A stretch of 64,000 nucleotides of DNA from contig NC_043010.1 of NCBI RefSeq assembly GCF_006345805.1, forward strand, positions 35,526,001 to 35,590,000, written 5' to 3'. Positions 38,215 through 51,926 of this stretch are shown in pieces. Below the pieces are notes generated by a model. The model had not been told where the DNA came from and did not search any database. It saw only the letters and a list, made by a program, of their open reading frames with translations. The DNA is from Octopus sinensis. Its lineage: Eukaryota. A program made the position numbers and the translations under genes. The first letter of the stretch is position 1, and each line of letters starts with the position of its first letter.

Positions 38215-38590
38215 CAGGCGTAGCTGTGTGGTTGGAAGCTTGCTTCTCAACCACATGGTTCCAAGTTCAGTCCCACTGCTTGGTACCTTGGGTAATTGTC
38301 TTCTACTATATCTTTGGGCTGACCAAAGCCTTGTGAGTGGATTTGGTGGACGGAAACTGAAAGAAACCTATCGTATATAAACATATATATGTATATGTGT
38401 GTGTGTCTCTGTGTTTGTCCCCATTCACCACTTGATAACCAATGGTTGTTTGGCAAAAGAGATCAATAGAATAAGTATTAGGCTTCAAAAAAGTAAGCCC
38501 TAGGGTCGATTTGTTTGACTAAAACCCTTTGAGATGGTCCCCCAGTATGGCCACAGTCAAATGATTGAATAAAGTAAAAGATAAAAGATG
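38215..38590 (+). mobile_element. Full-length tRNA-derived octopus SINE (OK/OR-type)
   Basis: A-box-like gtagctgtgtgg, B-box-like gttcagtccc, cttggg.aagtgtcttctactat, internal (TA)(TG) repeat, tail cagtatggccacagtcaaatga; siblings at about 1445-1590, 24135-24275, 32830-33520, 34300-34420, 47075-47210. Confidence 0.8.
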
Positions 38591-38784
38591 TTGACGGTAG
38601 TTATTACTTCCAGTTATCACTATATTACCAAACTTTACACAAGCAGCTAGTTTGCACTATGCAGCTGACCTAATTAATGTAACCAATTCAACTACTTCTC
38701 ATCCATTATCTGACTACCATTACTGAATTTTTAACATGTTTCTAGGAAATTAGGTTCAACTTATTGTTTATGTACATGCTATAT

Positions 38785-38900
38785 ATAACGGGAAGCTTTA
38801 TGAAAATAGACAAAAGACGAAGGCAGGTGGGAAACAAACAAACAATTGTATTAGTATGGCGCTCAGGAAATATAAATAAAACAAGTCTTTAACGTTTCGA
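38785..38900. mobile_element. Probable Penelope-like terminal repeat fragment
   Basis: TA-flanked segment ataacgggaagctttatgaaaa...ggcgctcagg...aacgtttcg; the acgtttcg end is typical of Penelope pseudo-LTRs. Recognised from memory only. Confidence 0.35.
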
Positions 38901-39809
38901 ATTATATATCATTCTCCAAAATGTCTAACCTTGTGCATATTTTAAAAATTATTATCACCAAAGATGAGAGCTTTGAATCTATTGCCATGTTGCTAATAAT
39001 TCTGAGAAATTGTGTTAATCCTTAAATAGAATTTAAAAATACAAATCTTGTAGGGTGATATCAGATTTTTTTTGTTTTTTGGCCAGAATATTGCAATAGA
39101 AATATCAACCACCAGCTAATCTTTGTAGAAAGTCCAAATTCTTTGTAACTATTCTTCTAGCTTTTGATGTATGAATGAATTTGGAACTTGCTGACCTATG
39201 ATATTAGCATTTTGTTCCCCCCAAAACTTATTGTTTGAAGATCTTTTGGTAGGTTATCATAACATTTGGTCATTGTATGTTCATTCCTAGTGTATAAGGC
39301 TGGCAATGGAATAGATTCCTGTGGTGGTGGTAGGGTGCTCATTCTGTTCCTTTTATTATTTTTTTTATGGTTACCAACCATGTATTGGGATGGGGAGTCT
39401 GGTTATACCTCTCCCTCTCTATAATTTGTGGCTTACTGCCTATGTTGAAAGTCATTAGTCTTATAAGGATGGCAAGAGCAGTGAAATTGTAGTTTGTAGA
39501 GTAACACAAAATGATTGTTGCTGAAGACCACCTCTATTACAAATAACATGACCGACATAAACTCCAACAATAGAAACAATAACACAAGCGTTACCTCTGT
39601 TGTCTCCATGATTTACAACAATAATAGAAAGTACTTAGCCAACACTCAAAACACTTCTGTCTGTTGTTTACCTGTCTTTTCATACCCTATCAGTAATAAG
39701 TACATGAGCACTGTAATAGACGAGGTTGACTTTGACATCCCTTGGTGTTAAAAATTCCACTAGGGAATCTTTTCAGGGCCAATAGAAAAATAGTCTATAT
39801 TGTTGTTTA

Positions 39810-40045
39810 TACCTATTTCTTTATTACCCACAAGGGTTTAAACACAGAGCGGACAAACAAGGACAGATATAGGTATTAAGTCGATTACATCGACCCCAGT
39901 GCGTAACTGGTACTTAATTTATCGACCCCGAAAGGATGAAAGGCAAAGTCGACCTCGGTGGAATTTGAACTCACAATGTAACGCAGACGAAATACCGCTA
40001 AGCATTTCGCCCGGCGTGCTAACGTTGCTGCCAGCTCGCCACCGT
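39810..40045 (-). mobile_element. Young copy of a second tRNA-derived SINE family (gttcaaattccaccgaggtcgactttgcctttcatcctttcggggtcgataaa)
   Basis: CpG-intact copy; many decayed siblings at about 8500-9170, 14125-14330, 20815-21160, 22370-22760, 23190-23350, 25860-25965, 44560-44750, 48620-48720, 59440-59640, 60520-60720. Confidence 0.85.
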
Positions 40046-43000
40046 CTTGTTGTTTATACCTGTCCCCAGAGTGTGTGCCATTGTGCTTATGGGGATACTG
40101 AAGTGGAAGCAATAATGGGTTGCCAGATTAATTCTTCTTTGGTATTTAGCTACAACCCTTTTCATTCTGAGTTCAAATGTTTGCTGGATTTAATTTTGCT
40201 TCTTAAACATTCTGGATTGATAAAATTAGTAGCAGTGATATAATGGGTCATAGCCTCCCACAAAATTTATGTCCTTGTCTCTCATCAATCATTATTCTTA
40301 TCATTTGGATTGTGGAGTGACAGGAGTTGTATGTTAGGTCAAAAGCACTGCAGTTCTGCAAGTTCAAATGCCATTGGATTTTAATTTTTTCATACATCCT
40401 GCTAAGTTGATAAAATAGTTGCTGTTTATGATTTGAACCAGTATACTTTCCACACTCAAGGTTTTGTTAGTCAGTTGTAAAACCAATGACAAAACAAGTG
40501 TCTACTTCTAGATGTTTAATCTCTGGTCAATCCTAATTGAATAGATCAGACATTCCTGCTGTGACCATCCTATCTTTTTGAGGAGTATACTGAGCTTCAT
40601 TGTCTTTTTTTTTGTTAGTTGTTGTTTAGCTTCAAGTCCAGCAGATATGATCAGTTATTCTAGCCCTGGCCATCCTGTCTTTGTTTTTTCTTTCATTTCT
40701 GATGTAGTGTATCTGGGATTTAATTATCTAATGTGCTTTTCCCTCTTAAAAATGTTAGGGTGTAAATTTGAGAGATTTGACTGCCATTTCTTGCAGATTG
40801 AGCAGTGCCATAGAGGCTCTCTTCCACTGATAAATGGCAGAGCCTCTTCATTAAGACAGGATGGTCAAGGACAGAATACTTTTGATCATGTCTGCTCATA
40901 GCTGACTTGGGTCTAAACATCAACAATAATTTGTCTTTAAGGCAAGTTGTTAAGCCCGGGCATAAATTTTCAGTAAAATAGGTACTGCCTATATTCTGAA
41001 AACTGTTTTGATTGACTACACTCTTATATATTTATGACTTGTCCTAATATAAAGATAACTTTTTTTTTGTATTTTGGTTGTTGTTGGCTTTTAGATAACT
41101 GTTTCTTTTAAAACTGTATAAGTGTGCAAGCCTGAATGTTGTATTTGCCCAATGCCAAACGGAAATTAAATCAAAGTGTTTTAAACAGTTGCATGTTTCA
41201 TAAGCTCACAGTGTTAAATGACCTAATTTGGCAGCTAGATTTGCTATGTCACAACCTTGAGATTAAGAACAGTATGTAAATTTTTTATCACCTTATTAGA
41301 AATATGTACTCTTGATGATTTCTGAGTTATATAATGATTGCTTTAAAAATATAGTATTCTTTTATTGTTTTACTGATTTCAGTATTTGGTCTGGGGCCTC
41401 ATTTCCAAAAGTATAGTCAATAATATCAATCCTAGTACTTGATTGGAATTTATTTTATTAATCTTAGAAGGACTAAGAGAAAAGTCGACATAACTGGGAA
41501 GCAAACTCAAGATGTAAAAGTACATAAATAAATATCAAAAGATATATCGTCTGATATCTTACTAATTCTGCCATTCTCTGACTTGTGAACTTCATTTTCT
41601 TTACTTGTCACTGGTGCTGGTAATGGTGGAATCTGTATGTCCTGATGTATTTGCATGTGACAGGAATATTGCTGTCATACTACCTCTTTCCTGTCATTTT
41701 TGCTCCTTGTGTATATTTCCTTGCACAGCTGTCATTTTGTCTAGAGTGGTTTCCTTGCACAGCTGTTGCCTGTAATCGGTATCTGTTTCAAATGATGGTT
41801 CTCTTCTGTTGTGCTTACATATTCATTACCTTTACTTATTCCTTCCCCTTTGCTTATTATCTTCAGTCAGTGTATTTTTGAATCTCCAGTAAATTGATAT
41901 TGCTGGGACAGCCTGAACTACTCAAATGGAATATTTGCGTGTTGTGACATAGGCTTGCACACACAAAATGCTCTGGATAAATATGTATGTAATAGGCTTA
42001 TATGCCAGACTAAAGATATTATAGTGAGATCAGGACAGAGAAACTATTGGAGCAAAGCAGCTTTATAACTCTGTGTGTGTTTTAAGCTAACAGTTAAGTT
42101 TTAAACAGAAAAAAAAAAAAAACCCCATCAAGGAAATTCATTGTATATTGTTTCTCATATTATTGTTTCGCACACACACACACGTTATGCATTGGTATAA
42201 AATGAAGGAGTGTGGAAGTTAAGTAGACAAAATGTATGTATATATATATGATAGCTTGGGATTGTTAATCCAAATTTTGGTTTCACACAACTCTTTTTCA
42301 TTGGCAAACAAAGCTTGTCTTTGTTCAAACAAATTTGTAAAACCTGAACATAGATTAAGTCTCCGGTTTAATCTGTAAAGATATATTTAAAATAATGAAA
42401 CAATAAAAAGTCATATGGAGATATAAGCACTCTCGTTTTTGCTGGTTTGTCAAACTTCGACTATGAATAGTGCTTTCCTACTGTTACTTGAATAAATAAA
42501 TAAAAGGGTGTCGGACCAAGTAAGGTTTTACATGGTCACTCAACCTGTGAGAAATAACTGCCAAATCTTATTTAAAACCCAACTTTATCATCTTAAAAAT
42601 AAATGAACAGTGGATTAGGAAGTCTGATTCCTTGCTGTTCTCAAGAAGACCCGTTCATCATAGCAGAATTGATACCGGTGCTTGTGCCATGTAAAAAGCA
42701 CTCAGGCTGGTGCCATGTTAAAAGCACTGATGCTGGTGTCACATAAAAAGCATCCAGTACACTCTGTAAAGTGGTTGGCATTAGGAAGGGCATCCAGCCA
42801 TAGGAACTATGCCAGAACAGACAATGGAGTTTGGTGTGGTCCCTGGCCCTACCAGCTCCTGCCAAACTGTTCAACCCATGCCAGCATGGGAAACAGCTGT
42901 TGAATAATGATGATGATGATCATGATATAACTGAAGCAAAATAATTCCCCCAAATATTGGAATATCATTGCAGGAATGCCTTTGATTTTAGATCTAGAGA

Positions 43001-43104
43001 TAAACAACAATAGCTATCAAAAAATTTTGTATATATGTGTATAATGAAAGTAGATGAAGGATATACTTTGTAGACAGTTCATTATCGTATTTATTTTGAG
43101 ATTT

Positions 43105-43296
43105 TCCGTATTCAATTAATTTTAAATATAACAAAGGATTTAATAAAATAACTTAGTTATCATTAAACTAGTGTTAGGAACATAAATTGTGACTAAGGTC
43201 TGGTGGAAGATTTCAATTCAAAACTTATGAAAACAAGACATTTGTACTACAGAGCCAGAGGCGGGTTTCAGCCGGGTTGGTATCGAAAGGGTTTAA
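43105..43296. mobile_element. piggyBac-like non-autonomous element end
   Basis: Ends ...gggttggtatcgaaaggg|tttaa (GGG terminus next to TTAA); partner TIR not seen. Confidence 0.45.
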
Positions 43297-43869
43297 GAAC
43301 TTTTATGCAATAAATGTAATATGTGTTGTCATTTAAATATAATATTCATCTGTCAAGCCAAGTGAAATTGTAGTCATGACTGATGCCAGTACTGTGTGAC
43401 TGGTACCCATGTCAGCAGCATGTAAAAAGCACTGTTCGAATATTAGGCCTCACGGAGGCAGTGACAGGTGATATACCGTACTTGAGAAGACCTTTCAAGC
43501 CAAGTTTGATTGTAGTTATGGCTGATGCTGGTGTCACATAACTGGCACGAGTGCCAGTGGCATGTAAAAAGCACCCACTACACTTATGGAGTGGTTGGCA
43601 TTAGGAAGGGCATTCAGCCATAGAAACCATGCCAAATCAGATAGGAACTTGGTGCAGCTCCCCGGCTTACCAGTTCTCAGTCAAACTGTCCAACCCATGC
43701 CAGCATGGAAAACAGACGTTAAATTATGATGACTACTATGTATAATGTGTTAGATTGTCTGTGTGTGTTTAAGTGTTGTAGAGTCATAAGCTTTTGTCAG
43801 TATTAAAGGGTTATTTAAACTGAAATTATGTCCTGATAATATTTCAGTAGGAACAGTTGTCTTTTTTTG

Positions 43870-44445
43870 TGTTGTATTCTAAACATCATCATTTTCCTAT
43901 CCATGTTTGTATGGGTTGCAGGAGTTCTCTCTAATGCAATATTATTGTGTTTCTTTGTCATCGTTTTTGCGAGGTTCAGTTTCCCAAGATTGGACTTTCC
44001 TACTTCTACCCTTGGTCTTATTCTTCTACTAGATCCTACATGAATCTCCTGACACATCTTCACCCACGTGCTATCTTCTTTAAACATTAAATGTCCATAT
44101 CTGCATAGCTGTCACTCTTGCATACTACAATATCCAGTTTTTCTCTACACTTATCTTTGCTGTATTGTTCAATCACAGTAACATAACACATCCAATAGAT
44201 AATGCCCACCTCATTTCTTTCCAATCTTCATACATCTTCTGCATTCAGTGCACATGTTTCATTACCATGTGGCAATGCAGTTTGTACATGTACATCATAC
44301 AATTTACCTTTTGCCTGGGTGAGAAAATCCCTTTTGTTATCAGTGAAGGTAATAACTCCCTGAACTTTTTCCACCCTATTTTAAATTTGGTTACTATACT
44401 TTCATTGCACCCCACCTCTTTTACTGAGTAGGTCACCTAGATGAC
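43870..44445 (-). mobile_element. RTE-clade LINE 3' fragment
   Basis: ESIVTKFKIGWKKFRELLPSLITKG...; DSTWVKMCQEIHVGSSRRIRPR (RTE C-terminus). Confidence 0.75.
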
Positions 44446-45071
44446 AAGCTATCAACAAATGAGCAAATGAAGTCACCTCTACACGGTCACTTGGTCTGCT
44501 TGAAATAGCCATACCATCTTACCCCTTCCCTTAAAGTTGACCTTGTGCCTTAATTGATTACAAATTTTGGCACAAGGCCAGCAATTTTGTGGGCGGGGGT
44601 AAGTCAATTACATCGACCCCAGTACTCATCATTGTTTAACGTCTGTTTTATCAACCCATAAAGGATGAAAGGCAAAGTCAACTTTGGCAGAATTTGAACT
44701 CAAAATATGAAAATGGTGTTCTAACAATTCTGCCAGCTTGCTGCCTTAAACCTTGTGCTTTTATTAGAAACCATTATCATTAGTAGAATAGAAGTAGCAG
44801 TAGAGCACTGAAGTACAGTATTTGTTTCTTTCATTTAGTATTCTGGATTCACATTTGTGATGGGTGACTTTGTCCTTCCTCTCTCTCTTGATAAAGTGTA
44901 CTTAGTGCTATACTGAGTTGAGTTCTATTATTCACACCAACTTCTCTCCATATTTTTAGAATTGTGCTAATAGTAAGAAGTAATTATAATTATTTTTTGT
45001 ATTTCTTATTTGATGTATTATTATTTTTATTGTTTCTGTTTAATTTTATAAATTTCTTTTTTACCCTCCAG

Positions 45072-45246
45072 CTTGCCAATCTCTTTGTTATGTGCTTACT
45101 GGTCATTGCCACTGTACATCCAGAACTCCTGAAAGTTTTCCGATCATCCTCTCCTATTGAGTTTGATAGGTATTTACTGAAAGAGGACCAAAACAATTGG
45201 GAACCCTACAAGAATGGACTGTTTGATTCAATATGGAGGAGCAAAG
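45072..45246 (+). CDS. LAPTM4: LAPTM4 exon 2 (LANLFVMCLLVIATVHPELL...SIWRSK; end of TM1 and luminal loop)
   Basis: ccctccag acceptor, G|gtaact donor; 175 nt, phase 0-1; continues TM1 (human NLLMAILLTVEVTHP). Confidence 0.85.
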
Positions 45247-46119
45247 GTAACTTGAATATTCTGTTTGTTGTTGTTTGATTCCATCCCAACCCTGATTCAA
45301 AAGACTTCTGGTGAAAGATATTCCTCTTGCGATTGTCCCATCTTTTTTCTTTCTTAAATTTTTTTCCAACCACAATGTATCTGGGACCATAACAAATGTA
45401 TATTTCCTATTTATAAGATGGAAAGGGATGATTTGAGGAATAATTGGTTACCATTTCTACTAGGTCAAGGGATGTGGTATATCTAGCCAAGAGTTGAACT
45501 CTCCCAGAAAACACTGTCATTGTTTCAGTTAATTTTGAAATAATGATTGTAGTAAAATAACTTAGTCATTATAAAACTGGTGTTTATAACACAAATCAAA
45601 ATTAGATTTTGATGGAAGGTTTTAATTTAGATAAGGAAATAGTCTCAGATGGTTTGGTTTCAAAAAGATTAATATAGTTATGTTGCCTGTGAACTTGTAA
45701 AATTGCAGATATTATTTTTCTTGGCACAGGTGCACCCCACAGATTCTGTGCATTTGTATTTGGTACCTGATATTGAAAAAAGAAGGTTCCTTATAACTGG
45801 TCTAGAGACTTTCTTCTTGGCTTGTATTCCTCTAATTTTTTTTTCTGGCATTTGGAGATTAACAGAAAATAATAAATCACTAAAATAGTACTTTCATGCA
45901 TTTATTTCAGTGATGCACTATGTTCAGAGTTCAAATCCTTTCATCTTCCTGGTATTGATAAATAAAAATTCCAGTTAAAAATTTGCTGGAAAATAAATAT
46001 ATAATTGGCCAATTAGTTCATAGTCACATGAGTTCAAATTTACTTCAGGTTTTTTTGTTAGTTTTATGTTTACATATCCCATACACAGAGCACAAAAATG
46101 CACAGCTTTGTCAGACAGC

Positions 46120-46435
46120 AAGTCAACAAATACACTGGCAGACAGGAGCCACTCTTTGCGCAGGTGAAAAGATGAAAGCTTACCTGGCATGATCATGTAC
46201 CTGCCACAACTTCCTGTTCAAAACCATTCTTCAGGACACATTTGAGGGATGGCAAAAAAGAGGCAGACAGAGAAAATCCTGGTTTGACAACATCAGGGAC
46301 TGGACAAGTCGCAACACTGTGAACTGCCTACACATGATAGACAACAGACCAGTGGTGACAGATAACTATGAAAGCATCTAGAGTTGCATCCTAATGACTG
46401 GTTGCATCAGTTAAGGGAGATCTTGATGATGATGA
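46120..46435 (+). mobile_element. RTE-clade LINE 3' end (second subfamily)
   Basis: QEPLFAQVKR*KLTWHDHV...KTILQDTFEGWQKRGRQRKSWFDNIRDWT followed by a gatgatgat tail. Confidence 0.8.
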
Positions 46436-47608
46436 AGTTCGGGGCAGAAAATTTTAATTCTTTGATGTTCCTGTTTACATACCTGTGAGGCAATAAGAAA
46501 CAGAACTTGAGAATATTACTCGATTTTAACTAAGAGCATTGGACTCACAATCTTGATGTAGTGAGTTCAATTTCTGGACTAGGCTGTGTGTTGTGCTCTT
46601 TAGCAGACACTTTATTTAATATTGTTCCTGTTTGCTCACCTGTAGAAATGAGTTCCGTCACTGGTGCCAAGCCTTATTGGCCTTTCCCATGGATAACATT
46701 GGTGGCGTGGAGAAGGGAGGCTGGTATGCATGGGCGACTACTGGTCTTCCATAAACAACCTTGCCCAGATTTACGCCTCAGAGGGGAACTTTCTAGTCCC
46801 CAATACCATGGCCATTCATGACTGAAGGGGATCCTTACCCTTTATCTAAGAAAAGAGATTTACTAATATATTCCTTTCTTAATTGCTCTCAAAAAAATTA
46901 GCTGTTTCTTGTCATTTGAGATAAATATTTTACTGCTTTTTAATTTAGTTTCAAATTTTTATTTATTATTCAAGTCATGCTCATTCTAAATCTATTTTAC
47001 TAGTTCAGCTAATGTTCAGCAGAATAAATGCGCACGCATGTGTGTGTGTGTGTGTGTGTGTGTAGGCAGGCACACAGGCAGGTATCACTGTTAAGAAGTT
47101 TTGTTTCCCAATTATTGTGTGGCACTTTGGGCAAATGTCTTCTACTATAGCCCTGGGTTGACCAAAGCCTTGCAAGTAGGTTTATTTGACAGAAACTGAA
47201 AGAAGCTTGTTAGGTACAATTATGTGTATATATTGGATCATCCCATAAATAATGCAGTTTTTTTTCAATTGCATGAATTAAAAGTTGGAGGGAAATGGGA
47301 TAAACTACATTTTAGATTAATTTTGAAAAATAAAAGTAGTATAAAAAAACCACATTTATGGGATGACCCAATATATTTATGTTTGTGTATGTCTCCTCGT
47401 CATGATACTTGTAAATGTGTGTCACCATCATACAAATAGTGTCATTTGTTTCTAATCTGTTGTGAAAATATGTCCAGTCAAGTGGAAATATTACCTTGCT
47501 TGGAAACAAGTGAGGGTTGGCATTGGGAAGAGCATCTGGCTCTAGAAAATTTGCCTCAATGAATTCCATTTGACTCTCACATAGAAGAGTGGAAATTAAA
47601 ATGGTGAT

Positions 47609-47651
<43 letters not shown>

Positions 47652-47995
47652 TTACTAAATGGGAAGAGTAATGAATACATGGTGCAGAGTATATTTACTT
47701 GTGCATGGCTGGGGATTCACTCTGCTCTGAAATGTTGCCAGAAGGACTGGATTAAGTGAGAGACTTAAGAATAAATATCTTTGCACAAATATGTTTGTAC
47801 AATGTACATATGTGTAGATGTACATATGTTGTAGATGTACATATGTGAAATGCATGGACGTGTGTGTCTTTCAGTATTAGTGTCTTTTTCATTTCTTTTA
47901 TGCTGCTTTTTGTCTCATTTGGTTGCATATTGTTTGTTTTGTGTGTGTGTGCACGCGCATTGTAATAATGTTTACTCAAATCTTATCTTTTATAG

Positions 47996-48072
47996 AAGAT
48001 CTGTGTGTTGTCTATGCCATCACCCTCTGCTCTACAACAATGTGTGTCCTCCTCATCTATGGTGCTGTTAAG
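47996..48072 (+). CDS. LAPTM4: LAPTM4 exon 3 (EDLCVVYAITLCSTTMCVLLIYGAVK; TM2)
   Basis: ttttatag acceptor, AAG|gtattt donor; 77 nt, phase 1-0, restores the frame; ends in the LxYGA motif. Confidence 0.9.
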
Positions 48073-49439
48073 GTATTTACTATTTTGTTCTTCCATGTTT
48101 AAGCAACAACAAATATAACAGTTTACCTCTCTCTCCATCTCTGAACCCCACCTTTCTGACCCTCCTCTCTCTGATCCCCCCCTCTCTCTTTCTCTCACTC
48201 TAGCCCTCATCTCTTTCTGACTTTTCCTTTATCTTCTCTGATCCTCTCTCTTCTGCCCCTCTCTTTTCTCTTTTGAAACATTCCTTACAGTGTGAAATAG
48301 AGGTCCAGTGTATATATAGTCCAATGTATAGCCTGCTTTGTATCATTACATGATGTCAAAAGCCACTTGTGTTGTGTGTCATTTCAATCTTCACGCAAAT
48401 ATATAAAAAATATTTCAACATTTAAATACACACAAAGAAGAGAAGCTGTTTTACACCTGCTTCATCTTAGTTCCCATTTCTCTATTGTAGCTGGTATCAT
48501 AATAGTGACTATTCATTAGTCAGAGGAGGAAAGGCAGCTCCCATGATGTTTTTCAAAGACTCCAAGACTGGTAGAAGGAAGGTAGGAAGCTTTCCTTCAG
48601 ACTGGAGGCCTGATCTGAATACCAGTATTTCACTGGTACTTATTTTATTTACTCTATCAAATACAAAAAAATGGGGAGCAAAGTTGACCTCAGTGGAATT
48701 TGAACTCATAACACAAAATGCCTTAAATACTATAAGGCATTTAAAATTCTTTTATACTTCTGCTGCTCTGCCAAATCTGTCATCTACCACAAAAGAAGAA
48801 TATTGATAGTTTACCTAAAATTTCATTATAATAAAATATTTTTCAAAAATAAATTCTTATTTTGGCATAAGGTCAGAAATAGAGGAGGGAACAGTAATTT
48901 CTATCAACTTTCAGTTCTTCACTGATATTTTATTTTATCAACCATAGTTAACCTTTTCTGGATTTGAACTCAGAGTGTAAATGATGGGATCACATACTGC
49001 AAGGAATTTTGTCTCTATTCTAATGATTTAGCAAAATGCCACACATTTTGTAGGCAATTTAGTCAACTGCCAGTATTTAATTGGTATGATGTGTTTACTC
49101 TGGAAGGATGAAAGGCAAAGTCCATGTCAGCAGGATTTGAACTCAAAATCTAATGGACCATATTACAAGTCATTTTGTCTACTGATCTACTAATTCTAAT
49201 ATCCTGTAACCCTTAGTAAGTTATTAGTTTGCAATGGAAAATTTCATCTGGTTTGTCAAGGACAAAACAGTCTGGAGATATTCATCCTTTTCCTGAAGCT
49301 GTCGTGTCTGGAATGATGATTCAGTGAAGTGAAAAGGCTGAACTTGTGTCTCAAGACTTGGATTGTCCAAAAACTGATCACATTTCCATAGAAGTCACAC
49401 ATTAGCAAAACTTTGGTGCACAAAAGATGCAGTGGAATC

Positions 49440-49830
49440 TAAGATAGTGATAGAGAAGGACTTTGTAATAAAAGTACTCAAGATACGAATTCCTTTAAGT
49501 GCTTGAAGACTCTTGAAGTTGTTGATCGTTTCTATTACCTAGGCGACTTAGTTAACAGTTCAGGTGGGTATTTCAAAGGGATATGTGCCAGAACAAGAAT
49601 GGGAATGAAAAATTCAGGGTAACAAAGTCTCTGAGTGAAGGTCAGATTGTATGATGCTTGTGTATGATGTGCTGTATTGCATGTTAGCAAAACAAGAACA
49701 TTAAATGTGGAAGATATGTAAATGATGGAAAGAAGTGAGGTGAGTACGCTTCGCTAGATGTGTGTTTTTGTTAATGCAAATTAATGATGGAACACAAATT
49801 AACTGGGAAAAATTGGGTATTAATTGTAGT
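49440..49830 (+). mobile_element. RTE-clade LINE fragment, decayed
   Basis: LEVVDRFYYLGDLV..., ARTRMG*KF..., gtgaaggtcagattgtatgatgcttgtgt; homologous to 24283-24760. Confidence 0.65.
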
Positions 49831-50959
49831 GTGAGAGAAACTTGTGTGATTGTTGTAAATGAATGTCATTCATTTCCAATATTCTGTGAAAATTGGTGAC
49901 AGGAAGGGCACCCAGCCATAGAAAATCTGCCTTAATAAATGTCATCTGACCCATGCAATCATGAAAACAAAAATAGATGTTAAAACGATGGTGATGATGA
50001 CAGTGGGATAAAGAAGTGTCAAATAATTTAAGTGGAAAGAACCGACTGAAGAAAAAGACCAAAGAAAATGTGGGGGGAAAAAAGTGGTGAATGCTGATTT
50101 CAGAAAGCTGAACCTGTCAAAGGAAATGTCAAAGAACTTTTTTTAAAATCTCTTTGTCAGGAAGGAATGGCAGTACCCATGACAGTGTACTGTGGATTTC
50201 TGAGACTAGTGGTTGAAAGAGTGGAGGGTATCCTCAAACTAGAGTAGACCTGGCCTAAAAGTTTGTAACAGAATGGGTTCCAGTGAAGGTATCCAAGATA
50301 TCAGGTGATGGTATTAAACTGGGTGACAGATTGTCTTCTACCCAAATTAGTCATTGTGGAATTTGTACTCAGAACACAAAGGGTGGAACAAATGCTTCAA
50401 GGCATTCTGTCTCTCATGCTCCACTGTTTCTGCTTCATTGACCTTGGAAAGATGAAAGGCAAAACTGATCTCGGCATGGTTTGAACTCAGAACATGAGGT
50501 GTCACAAGTCATTTTGTCTGATGCTCTAATGATTGTGCCAGTTTGTTGCCTATAAAACTGCAACAAGTGGTCTGACACTGTACTGGAGAAGACTCAGCCA
50601 GGCAAAGACAAATGGATATAAAATAATGATAATGATACTTTTTTTTTTACTGGTTCTAGCCATCATATTGAAAAATCTTTATACTGATGGTTACAAGGCC
50701 ATTATTTTGTAAAGAGAAATATAATCAATTGAACTGACCTCAGTATTTGGTGAGTAATTACCTTTCGTTTCCCTACAAAAATAGGTCAGAAAAATTGGTT
50801 TCTGTTGGACTTGAACTTGGAATTTAGATGGCTAGAACTCATTGCAGTAAAGCATTTAATCTGAGCACTTCCTTAAGACACTTATACCACTTCATAGTAA
50901 ACAATAAAAGAGAAAGATTGTTTGCGTAGGGAGAATAGAAAGATAAAGCTATAAAAATT

Positions 50960-51490
50960 TACATTTATCTGAATCTCTTTTTTTTGTCTGTCTGAATCCT
51001 TTTTGACTGTCTATCCAAATTTTCCTTTTTGTCTGAATCTTTTTGCCTGTTCTGTCTGTCTGTTTGAATCATTTGCCTGTTCTGTCTGTCTATTTGAATC
51101 TCCCTTTTTTTGCTGTCTGTTTGAAACTCCTTTTTTGTTTTTCTGTTTGAATCTACCTTTTTTTCTGTCTGTTTGAATCATCTTTTTTTCTCTCTGTCTG
51201 TCTGAATCACCCTTTTTCTCTGTCTGCCTGTCTGAATCACCCTTTTTCTCTGTCTGCCTGTCTGAATCACCCTTTTTCTCTGTCTGTCTGAATCTCCCCT
51301 TTTTCCTGTCTCTCCGAATCTCCCCTTTTTCCTGTCTGTCTGCCCGAATCTCTCCCTTTTCCTGTCTGTCTGCCCGAATCTCCCTTTTTCTTTTGTCATC
51401 TGTCCAAATCTTCCTTTTTCCTGTCTGACTGAATCTACCTATTTTTTTGTGTGTCAGTCCAAATCTCCCTTTTTGTCTGTCTGGAACCCT
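50960..51490 (+). repeat. Pyrimidine-rich minisatellite, about 25-31-bp unit (tttttctctgtctgcctgtctgaatcaccc)
   Basis: Roughly 15 or more degenerate units, with near-identical copies at 51190-51290; explains the 204-aa minus-strand ORF. Confidence 0.9.
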
Positions 51491-51797
51491 AGTCTGTTTA
51501 GAATCTGTCTTAGCATTTTCACCCATACATTCATATGAAATTACACAAATGTCATAAAGACACCTACTGACAGAAATATTCATATAGACACTTATGCACA
51601 TATCCCAGCAGCTGAGTACATGCATCTACAGGCAAACATGATGAAGAGGCATCAGCATAAATGTGTACACAGACACATACACTTATCTATAGACGAATAG
51701 ATATACAAATATACTGACACATACACACACACTGTTGATGTAGTGTTTCTACATTGTTGTATGACTACTAACAATTTTTGTCTCTTGTCTGTTACAG

Positions 51798-51926
51798 AAT
51801 CGACCCGGATACCTGATTCCTTTCTTTGGTCTTCAGGTCTTTGACTTCTGTCTTAGCTGTCTGACTATTGTTGGATCTTCCCTCTTTACAACAAACATTA
51901 AAGTGTGGCTCAAGGAACAAAGACTG
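51798..51926 (+). CDS. LAPTM4: LAPTM4 exon 4 (NRPGYLIPFFGLQVFDFCLSCLTIVGSSLFTTNIKVWLKEQRL; TM3)
   Basis: gttacag acceptor, CTG|gtgagt donor; 129 nt; family motif LIPFFxxQxFDFxLSCL. Confidence 0.93.

Noticed and set aside
51011-51625. 204-aa Lys/Arg/Asp-rich minus-strand ORF
   Set aside because: It is the translation of the minisatellite, antisense within an intron.
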